A stretch of DNA of 35,273 nucleotides from a virus, in IMG/VR virus record IMGVR_UViG_3300045988_059116, positions 1-35,273 of that record. One strand, given 5' to 3'. Shown here in pieces: positions 25,415 to 31,714 of the stretch. The notes beneath the pieces were generated by a model that ran no database searches, was not told the DNA's origin, and saw nothing but the letters and a program-made list of their open reading frames with translations. Position 1 is the stretch's first letter; each line of letters opens with the position of its first letter. Position numbers and translations under genes: made by a program.

Positions 25415-26081
25415 TGTTTCCTTCTTTTGCTGCGATCATTGCTCTATATGTCGCCAGCAGGCGAACGATTTCTTCATGGCTTAATTTCTGAATGTCCTGT
25501 GTTTGAATGTTCGCTGACTGAACAATAAATCCGTTTGTCTTTTCATCTCGGAAATCGCATCCCAAACTTGCAAGCTTAGTTCGCAGCCTTTGGTATTCAA
25601 TCGCAGCTTTATTCAAATCTAAATCATCTGAGCTTATTTGATCTGGATCGTCTCCGGTTATGATCTTGTAAGCTTTCATTAATGCGTATTTGTCAGAATA
25701 AGTCATAGCCTTACCCGGTGCTTTATCGCCTGAATCTACCCCATCTCCATAGGTGTCAATGTCGATATATTCTTCTGGTTTGTCGATGTTTACAAAGCGG
25801 TAAATGGTATGCATACGAAGGTAAAGATTCTCTTTTTTATCTATCGTTCCGTCCTTTTTTACCTTTTCTGATGATGTTATCCCTTCGCTGATGATCTCTC
25901 TTTTATACGGGTAAGAATAAACTCCATGTTTTTCCTCAATTGGTTTTACTGCTCTAAGAATATCTGCTTCTCCTGTGGCTTTATAGGTACTTGCGCCATA
26001 TCCGACACTCAAATTCTTTGCCACCGTTGCAATTTCTGCGGTAATCTTGCTTAATTTCGCATAGATATTTAAATCGCTCAT
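25395..26081 (-). CDS. ERF-family single-strand annealing recombinase
   Basis: 228-aa ORF. The N-terminus LNIYAKLSKITAEIATVAKN…YKATGEADILRAVKPIEEKHG is typical of ERF proteins. Confidence 0.75.
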   Translation of the reverse strand: MSDLNIYAKLSKITAEIATVAKNLSVGYGASTYKATGEADILRAVKPIEEKHGVYSYPYKREIISEGITSSEKVKKDGTIDKKENLYLRMHTIYRFVNIDKPEEYIDIDTYGDGVDSGDKAPGKAMTYSDKYALMKAYKIITGDDPDQISSDDLDLNKAAIEYQRLRTKLASLGCDFRDEKTNGFIVQSANIQTQDIQKLSHEEIVRLLATYRAMIAAKEGNNEKQTK

Positions 26082-26389
26082 AAATTAACCTCGCTCAACA
26101 AGTCTTCGTCGTAGATAATGGCAAGATCGTCTTCCGTGAATATGTCGCGAAATAAACTTTCCATTTTCCAGATTAAGTCACTGCGATACCTTTCAAAGCA
26201 TTTCTGACACAGTGTTTCTCCGTTAATTCTGTGTTCTTCTCCTTTTTCGCACTCATGTCCACAATCGCAGGTGATGATTTCCGGTTCTTCCGGATCCATC
26301 TGACACCCTCCAGCGTAAAGACGAGATTGTTCGAGTTCGTACATTCTTTCTGTCATCGTCATCACCTTAGACCAAATCCTGAATGACAA
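26078..26389 (-). CDS. Hypothetical Cys-containing protein
   Basis: 103-aa ORF containing CDCGHEC…CQKC. It overlaps both neighbouring genes. Confidence 0.55.
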   Translation of the reverse strand: MSFRIWSKVMTMTERMYELEQSRLYAGGCQMDPEEPEIITCDCGHECEKGEEHRINGETLCQKCFERYRSDLIWKMESLFRDIFTEDDLAIIYDEDLLSEVNL

Positions 26390-27053
26390 CCATAACCGCC
26401 TTTGATGGCTCCCATTCTTTTATAAAATCGGTTACCTTATCAAAATCTTTCGACCGAATCTGGCTTCTAACTTTCACGTTGGCAACTTGTTTGACATCCC
26501 GGCCAATCGCATTGTAAAGGTAGGAATTCTGACGCTTGTTGAGATTCATTTGATGAACCTGCTTAACCTCTTTCACACGGCTTGCGATCAGGTTGTTCAG
26601 ATAGCCGTATTCGCTCGGTGTCAGCGGCGCATTTTCGGCAAGGTCGCTTACCTTTCCTTCCAGATCATTAATTCTCTGATTATCTGTTTGCTGAACTTCA
26701 AACATGAGCTTAAGAGCGCTCATTGGATCAGTAGGAATCCGATAACCTCCAGTTTTCCGGATTGATGGAATGATCTCATCAGCGACCAGAGCTTGAAATT
26801 TCTCGGCTGCTTCATTGTTTGCTTTCATCGCCAATCTGTAAAAAATGTTTTCTGGGATGAATTCTGGTCTTTCGCCACAAGTGGCGAAATTAAATTCACG
26901 CAAATATCCATCTAAACGACTCCATCTTACATATTCTGTTCCCTTACTGTTGTCAGTAAATCCCAGACCTCTCGCCACTGTTTCCAGTTTCAAGTAAGCT
27001 GTTCCGTTTTCCTCATAGCATTCAATGCCATGGATGTTCAAAATTTCATTCAT
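26367..27053 (-). CDS. Antirepressor-like protein (ORF6N/KilA-N-type N-domain + ORF6C-type C-domain)
   Basis: 228-aa ORF. The N-terminus reads …AYLKLETVARGLGF…EYVRWSRL… and the C-terminal helical domain reads …LTPSEYGYLNNLIASRVKEV…. Confidence 0.65.
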   Translation of the reverse strand: MNEILNIHGIECYEENGTAYLKLETVARGLGFTDNSKGTEYVRWSRLDGYLREFNFATCGERPEFIPENIFYRLAMKANNEAAEKFQALVADEIIPSIRKTGGYRIPTDPMSALKLMFEVQQTDNQRINDLEGKVSDLAENAPLTPSEYGYLNNLIASRVKEVKQVHQMNLNKRQNSYLYNAIGRDVKQVANVKVRSQIRSKDFDKVTDFIKEWEPSKAVMVVIQDLV

Positions 27054-27183
27054 AATTCTCTACCCTTTCTAATGTTTGATAATGCGCGCTGATCATGCAG
27101 CTGGTTAGAGCCAGCGCCATGATTGCGCCGGTGATAATGACCAATACCGCTTTTACCCAGCGGCGAAGTTTACGCTTTTTCAT
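27046..27183 (-). CDS. Possible 45-aa mini-lipoprotein
   Basis: MKKRKLRRWVKAVLVIITGAIMALALTSCMISAHYQTLERVENYE has a basic n-region, a hydrophobic core and an LTSC lipobox. Its stop overlaps the next ATG. The SD is only weak and purine-rich. Confidence 0.35.
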   Translation of the reverse strand: MKKRKLRRWVKAVLVIITGAIMALALTSCMISAHYQTLERVENYE

Positions 27184-27487
27184 TTTCTTTCTTCGCAAAC
27201 GCTTCTATAACCTCAATACAGAGCTTCTCAGCGATTTCTGCGGCTTCTGGTACTCTTTCATCGGATATTTCTCTTGCGTACTTACAGCCCATCTTATAGG
27301 CTGCCACTCGCTGAATTAAGTTCCATGTGCTTCCGCCATTGATGGAAACAAGCTGTCTGTGGTACTTCCTTTCCACCGCAACCAGTTCTTTTTTCCATTT
27401 CTTTGAATTTTCAAGTTTGATCTCGCTGATGATATCCTGTTTGAGTGCTTCTAGCTGTTCAACTGAAAGAGTGACTAATTCGCTCAT
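27170..27487 (-). CDS. Hypothetical protein
   Basis: 105-aa ORF with AGGAGG 8 nt before the ATG. Confidence 0.55.
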   Translation of the reverse strand: MSELVTLSVEQLEALKQDIISEIKLENSKKWKKELVAVERKYHRQLVSINGGSTWNLIQRVAAYKMGCKYAREISDERVPEAAEIAEKLCIEVIEAFAKKENEKA

Positions 27488-27526
27488 ATAAAAAGCCTCC
27501 TATGTTTTCTACCCATTTTGGGTGCG

Positions 27527-27555
27527 TTGAAAATCACAAGAGGCTATGGTATACT
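27527..27555 (+). promoter_or_regulatory. Plus-strand (antisense) sigma-A-type promoter: TTGAAA - 17 nt - TATACT
   Basis: The -35 is at 27527-27532 and the -10 at 27550-27555, with exactly 17 nt between them. The spacer contains AATCACAA, which is the operator half-site of the 30.85-kb switch. Confidence 0.5.
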
Positions 27556-27561
27556 TTCATT

Positions 27562-27630
27562 GCCCCTTGTGGGTGTTGATTGGGTACGCATGCTATGTCG
27601 CCAAACTTAACTATGCGTGCCCAGTTTAAA
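27562..27630 (+). ncRNA. Candidate small antisense RNA ending in a 10-bp hairpin
   Basis: Downstream of the promoter lies GGGUACGCAU-21 nt-AUGCGUGCCC (27582-27622). On the plus-strand RNA all ten positions pair (one G.U). On the minus strand the same position is a C-A mismatch. It is followed by AGUUUAAAUCAUUUCAUU. Confidence 0.35.
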
Positions 27631-27817
27631 TCATTTCATTGATGAGCCATCTGACATATTCAGACCGGCTCATTTTCTTTTGTTTAGCCAATCTGTCTAA
27701 TTTTTCCAATGTGCTTTTGTCAAATCTTAATTGCACCGGGATATCTTTTGGTTCACCTACAATGGGTCTTCCCATTTTCTTATTTTCTGGCACGCTCCTC
27801 CTTTCCCTTAACTTCAA
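27626..27817 (-). CDS. Ribbon-helix-helix (CopG/Arc-like) DNA-binding protein
   Basis: …IPVQLRFDKSTLEKLDRLAKQKKMSRSEYVRWLINEMI shows a beta-strand plus two-helix pattern. The true start is probably internal (GVPEN… GTG or MGRPIVG… ATG). Confidence 0.65.
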   Translation of the reverse strand: MKLRERRSVPENKKMGRPIVGEPKDIPVQLRFDKSTLEKLDRLAKQKKMSRSEYVRWLINEMI

Positions 27818-27820
27818 TAC

Positions 27821-27963
27821 TTTTGTATTGTGCTATGTGCCTATAACCATTATACATTTGTATTGCGTTAAGTCAAGGAGCTTTTTATATGACTTAGCCT
27901 CTCATTCAGTTTTCAAAGATCATCAAAAATTTTTTATGCTTTAAAATTGATTTTGTATTGCGC
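27821..27963. promoter_or_regulatory. Three direct copies of TTTGTATTG(C/T)G flanking and inside the RHH promoter (candidate operators)
   Basis: The copies lie at 27821-27833, 27857-27867 (inside the -35/-10 spacer) and 27951-27963. Confidence 0.45.
27849..27876 (-). promoter_or_regulatory. Internal minus-strand promoter TTGACT - 16 nt - TATAAT upstream of the RHH gene
   Basis: The -35 is at 27876-27871 and the -10 at 27854-27849, as read on the minus strand. Confidence 0.6.
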
Positions 27964-28683
27964 TCTTTCACTTGCTCCTGTTACTTTGCTTCGGATGTAA
28001 TCAATTCCCTTTTGATAAACAAGTGTCTTGATATTAATGCAAGTATCGCCATTGGGCTTTGTATACTTTGTTTCAATGGTTCGGAAATATCCGCGGTCTA
28101 TATATGTCTGATATGGGATGTTATTGCTTTGCAAAATACTCATATTTCGTAATAATTCAAACAATTTATTTCTTCCGATACCAGGGATAGCCAAGACTTT
28201 AGCAACTTGATCCATGGGAATGGCTGTTTTGCTATCTGCTACTGCGTCATAGAACTCTGCTTTCGGCTTCATCGTGTTGTTTTCCAATATCAGTCTTTCT
28301 TTTTGTTCTACCTCGTCAGCATAAGCTCTTAATGCTTCGGCGTAGGTTTTTGGCATTCCATAATTTCCAGTTCTTCTGATTGTGGGTAAGACTTCACCCG
28401 TTACCCAGTCCTGAAAAGCTTCTGCTTCTGGCTTCCGACTTTGAAAGATTACTTTGTAAAGGTTCTGCTCATTGATAAATGTCGCTGATTGTGCTCTTCC
28501 CATGCTGTCAATGACCTCACTAGTAATGATCCCATCTTCTTTCAATCTCGTTTTGCATTGAGAAACATTATTGATTTCCAATATGTCGCAGACATCTTTC
28601 AGACACAGATAAGGTTCGCCGTTAAATTGAGTTGTTCGAACATCTGCGCGATTATCAAAATTAAATATTTTCAATTCATTCAT
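27934..28683 (-). CDS. Antirepressor (BRO-N domain + KilAC/ANT C-terminal domain)
   Basis: 249-aa ORF. LKIFNFDNRADVRTTQFNGEPYLCLKDVCDILE… is BRO-N-like. …AEFYDAVADSKTAIPMDQVAKVL…NKLFELLR… is KilAC-like. Confidence 0.8.
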   Translation of the reverse strand: MNELKIFNFDNRADVRTTQFNGEPYLCLKDVCDILEINNVSQCKTRLKEDGIITSEVIDSMGRAQSATFINEQNLYKVIFQSRKPEAEAFQDWVTGEVLPTIRRTGNYGMPKTYAEALRAYADEVEQKERLILENNTMKPKAEFYDAVADSKTAIPMDQVAKVLAIPGIGRNKLFELLRNMSILQSNNIPYQTYIDRGYFRTIETKYTKPNGDTCINIKTLVYQKGIDYIRSKVTGASERAQYKINFKA

Positions 28684-28686
28684 TAC

Positions 28687-29223
28687 TTATCTCCCTTCCG
28701 CCAGTTGCTCCATGAGCTGGACTATTGTGTCCGTATCGTCTGACTCAGACCACAAGCTGCGCTGTTGCGCTACCGTAGTCAGACCGTTGTTATAATAATC
28801 TTGCATGATCTCAAACATCCGTCTGAGGCCATCTGTAGCGGTGCCGTATTTGCAATATCGTTCACCGCACCGGATACCGGCCGGATTGTGCTTATTGAGC
28901 CATGCGGACGAGCTTCCCCAGCCGGTTTCCAAAACAAACACCGCAGCGGCGTAAACCGGGCTGATGTTGTACTCCTCTGCCAGCTCCAGCAGCGCAACCG
29001 GCGCCACGCCGGCCGCCTTACCTGTTGGCTGCCACTCGTGCCAGCTGACCACCATTTCCGCAGTGTAAGCGGGCGGCGTGTCTTGCTGATAAAGATCGAT
29101 CACTGTCACCGTCTGCGGTGTAGGAGCTTGGGTTTCTGCTTCTGCTGCTGGAAGGTTGAGCGTCAATCCGGCTGTCACCGCAGCCGTGAGGATGACCAGC
29201 ACCGGGCGTTTAAGGCGACGCAT
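28687..29223 (-). CDS. Secreted GH73-like N-acetylglucosaminidase-domain protein
   Basis: 178-aa ORF. The Sec-type signal peptide is MRRLKRPVLVILTAAVTAGLTLNLPAAEA. The catalytic-type motif is AAAVFVLETGWGSSSAWLNKHNPAGIR. Confidence 0.65.
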   Translation of the reverse strand: MRRLKRPVLVILTAAVTAGLTLNLPAAEAETQAPTPQTVTVIDLYQQDTPPAYTAEMVVSWHEWQPTGKAAGVAPVALLELAEEYNISPVYAAAVFVLETGWGSSSAWLNKHNPAGIRCGERYCKYGTATDGLRRMFEIMQDYYNNGLTTVAQQRSLWSESDDTDTIVQLMEQLAEGR

Positions 29224-29606
29224 TAGTACACCTCTCCGTCTAGCAGTTCCTGCGCCCGTGCCCTAATCTGCGCCGGTGTGTACTCACACATGAGTGCGTC
29301 CATTTGAGCGTAAAGGCTGATAGCAAACATCAAATCAGTCTCTCTAAGCTGCTCTGGAACCTGCGTTAATGCAACGGCAGCATAATCTTTAGTCGCTTTA
29401 TTGCTGACCATTTTTTCGCCAGTGCGACCTTTGTTTATGGCGGCATTAGCGCCATCAATAAGCTCAGCTCCGGTCATGCATGGCATCAGTTTCACCATGT
29501 TTTCGCACAGCTTTCGAGAGATGCTTTCATAGTCTGTTGTTCTTTCTTTGACCGGGATTCGGCACAAAGCAACTGCCGCAAGAGCGCACATTTCTTCGTA
29601 ATTCAT
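29223..29606 (-). CDS. Hypothetical protein
   Basis: 127-aa ORF with AGGGGG 7 nt before the ATG. Confidence 0.55.
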   Translation of the reverse strand: MNYEEMCALAAVALCRIPVKERTTDYESISRKLCENMVKLMPCMTGAELIDGANAAINKGRTGEKMVSNKATKDYAAVALTQVPEQLRETDLMFAISLYAQMDALMCEYTPAQIRARAQELLDGEVY

Positions 29607-29610
29607 TCAG

Positions 29611-30018
29611 TTACCCCCTTACGAAATACGAGCCAGCAGTTGTTAAAATCGATGTGTTGAGCAATGCTAATGGAATATTGTCTGGCTTGGCATGCTTTAA
29701 AGCTTCAAGCGCTTCGTCTATCGTTTCGATTTCTTCACCTTTAATGAAGATATTCATTTCTGCCGGATTATCTGCGATATCATAGCAACTGTCGACGTAA
29801 GCTGTGAATGTTACGTCAAGATCGTCGCAATCTCTAAATATAGCATAAGCGCCATCGCTATCTCCGTCATAGCAACGTTCAATGGAACTATCTTCAAATA
29901 GTTTATAGATAGCTTTTCGTTCGCGTTTTCGCAATTCCTCGAAGTCTGTTTCTTCTCCCATGATTTCTTTAACTCGGGTTAAGATTGATGTGAATTCTGC
30001 AATTTCTTTTCTTTTCAT
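29611..30018 (-). CDS. Strongly acidic early protein (hypothetical)
   Basis: 135-aa ORF with about 30 Asp/Glu residues against about 15 Lys/Arg by my count. Confidence 0.55.
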   Translation of the reverse strand: MKRKEIAEFTSILTRVKEIMGEETDFEELRKRERKAIYKLFEDSSIERCYDGDSDGAYAIFRDCDDLDVTFTAYVDSCYDIADNPAEMNIFIKGEEIETIDEALEALKHAKPDNIPLALLNTSILTTAGSYFVRG

Positions 30019-30033
30019 TTTTTCTCCCTTCCT

Positions 30034-30222
30034 TCACAAGTGTTCAAACTTGTGATAAAATAGAGATGATCCTATAGCGATAGAATCATCTTGAATCCCC
30101 GACGCCGCCAAGCTATCAGGGGATTCTTTTTTTATTACCTTGATTTTGACTTTTAGATCATCTGTCGACATGATTTCGGACAATGCTTTGATCAGTCGAT
30201 CAATAGACACTTGATTGTTCAT
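30034..30222 (-). CDS. Hypothetical protein
   Basis: 62-aa ORF in the early operon. Confidence 0.5.
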   Translation of the reverse strand: MNNQVSIDRLIKALSEIMSTDDLKVKIKVIKKESPDSLAASGIQDDSIAIGSSLFYHKFEHL

Positions 30223-30262
30223 AGTTCACCAGCTTTCAGTACAGATTTGTGAGCATTTGCAT

Positions 30263-30427
30263 TTAATGGTTACGCTTAGATATTTCCTCTAGCGTAATGT
30301 TTTTCATTCTTACAAACACGTCTTCCCAATCTCGGTCTAATTTCCTTAGGTAATGTATCCCGACAATGTTACTGATACATACCGATGTTATAAAAGATAC
30401 AAGAAGCGCTACTGTCACAGTCACCAC
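30263..30427 (-). CDS. Possible 54-aa single-pass membrane protein
   Basis: A GTG start follows AGGTGAGAG. The sequence is VVTVTVALLVSFITSVCISNIVGIHYLRK…. It is below the ORF-track size cutoff. Confidence 0.35.
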   Translation of the reverse strand: MVTVTVALLVSFITSVCISNIVGIHYLRKLDRDWEDVFVRMKNITLEEISKRNH

Positions 30428-30522
30428 TCTCTCACCTCGCTTTCTAGTTCTTTGTTCATTCGCTCACGCTTCTTTCCTTTAAATAGTCTTTATCAAAAAA
30501 CAATCGTTCCGCATCGGTGATA

Positions 30523-30696
30523 TCATCGAGCGGATGCAGAATTGAGCCTGGGAAACTCTTTCTTGCTTCGGGTTTGCTCACATCCGAGCAAATAGGCCAT
30601 CGCTGCAATCTCAAACACCTTCTGACCGTCTTCCGGAAGCTTATTGACCATCTCGATTGCGGGCTTTCTAAGCTCTTTTTTATTTGTTTCTAACAT
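30523..30696 (-). CDS. First early-operon ORF (57 aa; positional Cro analogue, function unknown)
   Basis: The ATG lies 8 nt after AGGAG, about 110 nt downstream of the early promoter. MLETNKKELRKPAIEMVNKLPEDGQKVFEIAAMAYLLGCEQ… shows no HTH that I can recognise. Confidence 0.45.
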   Translation of the reverse strand: MLETNKKELRKPAIEMVNKLPEDGQKVFEIAAMAYLLGCEQTRSKKEFPRLNSASAR

Positions 30697-30801
30697 TTTT
30701 CTTTCTCCTTTCCTTGACTCTGCATTTTCCCGGGCTTGTCACCGGCTTGTGTTCGGTCTTGTTTCCATTTTCTTTTCCTCCGTTTTGTGTACTCTCTTTG
30801 T

Positions 30802-30868
30802 ATCACAATCACATTATATAGTATCTAAATCACATTGTCAACACAAAAATCACAACATTTTGTGATTT
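30802..30868. promoter_or_regulatory. Operator cluster: five ATCACA(A/T) motifs including a 9-bp-arm palindrome
   Basis: The palindrome AAATCACAA-catt-TTGTGATTT lies at 30847-30868. Further half-sites lie at 30802-30809, 30808-30815 and 30829-30836. Confidence 0.6.
30813..30841 (-). promoter_or_regulatory. Early (lytic) promoter with consensus TTGACA - 17 nt - TATAAT
   Basis: On the minus strand the -35 is at 30841-30836 and the -10 at 30818-30813. ATCACA operator motifs overlap the -10 and abut the -35. Confidence 0.7.
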
Positions 30869-30894
30869 ACAAACTTTTTTATTTATGTTATAGT
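30866..30894 (+). promoter_or_regulatory. Repressor-gene promoter TTTACA - 17 nt - TATAGT (with TGn)
   Basis: The -35 is at 30866-30871, overlapping the right operator arm. The -10 is at 30889-30894. AAAGGAG lies 8 nt before the ATG at 30918. Confidence 0.65.
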
Positions 30895-30917
30895 TATGGC
30901 GAAAAGGAGTTGTATTC

Positions 30918-31304
30918 ATGGAAATTTACGAAAGATTAAAATATTTAAGAAAAGAAATCCTTAATCTTACACAAGAAGAATTCAGTCAAAAATTACTAAT
31001 AACAAGAGGTAATTTAGCAAGTATTGAAGTAGGTCGAATTTCCCTGACAGATAGAAATATTCAAGTAATCTGCGCAACCTACAATGTAAATGAAAACTGG
31101 CTGCGAACCGGCGAGGGCGAACCATTTAACGAACTATCTGAACAAGAAGAGCTTGCTGCGTGGATGGGAACGATCATGAAACCGGAAAACGACAACTGCA
31201 CAAAGCAGCGAATTATCCGAATCCTTAGCCAGCTTGAAGATGATGAGTGGGAAGCGATAGAAAAGATCGCCAAGAAGATCGCTGAAGAATATAAAAAAGA
31301 CTGA
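30918..31304 (+). CDS. CI-like repressor (XRE-family HTH, no S24 peptidase domain)
   Basis: 128-aa ORF. The N-terminal HTH is RLKYLRKEILNLTQEEFSQKLLITRGNLASIEVGR. It is transcribed divergently from the early operon, and the C-terminal ~55 aa are too short for a LexA-type autocleavage domain. Confidence 0.85.
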   Translation: MEIYERLKYLRKEILNLTQEEFSQKLLITRGNLASIEVGRISLTDRNIQVICATYNVNENWLRTGEGEPFNELSEQEELAAWMGTIMKPENDNCTKQRIIRILSQLEDDEWEAIEKIAKKIAEEYKKD

Positions 31305-31317
31305 GCGCGCCCAGTCT
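31292..31317 (-). terminator. Hairpin terminator for the small convergent minus-strand ORF (overlaps the repressor stop codon)
   Basis: On the minus strand the sequence reads AAGACTG-ggcgcgct-CAGTCTT followed by TTTTATATTCTT. On the plus strand the hairpin has no U-tract. Confidence 0.5.
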
Positions 31318-31323
31318 TGAATG

Positions 31324-31425
31324 TTATATCATTGATCTAATAAACGCGATAATGCGTTTAAGCTTAGACTGATCTGTAATCAGTAATATAAGATCAGCGA
31401 TCTCTTTAATAAGATCTTCATACAT
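31324..31425 (-). CDS. Possible 33-aa peptide convergent with the repressor gene
   Basis: GGAGGTG lies 8 nt before ATG, giving MYEDLIKEIADLILLITDQSKLKRIIAFIRSMI. A hairpin terminator follows directly. Confidence 0.35.
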   Translation of the reverse strand: MYEDLIKEIADLILLITDQSKLKRIIAFIRSMI

Positions 31426-31581
31426 AAAAAACACCTCCACTTGCAGATAATCCGGCCGGAGGTTACTGCTATTATATTTTACCAAATTCTGGTAACTATT
31501 TGTATACGCGGAAATTATTACCAACAACAAAAAATCCCATCGGAGGCAACCGACAGGATCGGCAGCGACGGCAATCGCTGC

Positions 31582-31674
31582 AGTGCAGTTAAAATGATGA
31601 CAGTCATTCTTTTTCTGCACTTTAATTTTACCAAAAATGCGGACAAAATGAAAGGATGATTAAAAATGCTTAAG
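31582..31674 (+). repeat. Decayed upstream copy of the integrase 5' module (hairpin + U-rich tract + SD + ATGATTAA…)
   Basis: By eye it is roughly 80-85 percent identical to 31921-32013. The outer stem is AGTGCAG…CTGCACT. Its start codon is followed by a stop after 5 codons (ATG ATT AAA AAT GCT TAA). Confidence 0.8.
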
Positions 31675-31693
31675 TTTATTATAAGAATTAAAA

Positions 31694-31714
31694 CAGGATC
31701 TCGAACAGATCCTG
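31694..31714. other. Perfect 8-bp inverted repeat CAGGATCT-cgaac-AGATCCTG
   Basis: The repeat is read directly from the sequence. On the minus strand it is followed by TTTTAATTCTT. Confidence 0.6.

Noticed and set aside
27639-27944. 101-aa plus-strand ORF as the product of the antisense promoter at 27527
   Set aside because: It is antisense to the RHH gene, has no SD, and is very hydrophobic, low-complexity Leu/Phe/Ser-rich sequence typical of the reverse frame of AT-rich DNA. The hairpin at 27582-27622 lies before it and would end the transcript.
29611-29680. C-terminal LALLNTSILTTAGSYFVRG of the 135-aa ORF as the start of a DUF1874/B116-like domain interrupted by a stop
   Set aside because: The next ORF (29606-29223) has its own SD and an unrelated N-terminus, and no frame continuation restores such a domain. 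The resemblance is too short to support.
31324-31620. Full 98-aa minus-strand ORF from the ORF track
   Set aside because: The N-terminal two-thirds has no SD, runs through the duplicated hairpin module and encodes implausible sequence. Only the last 33 codons are preceded by a strong SD.
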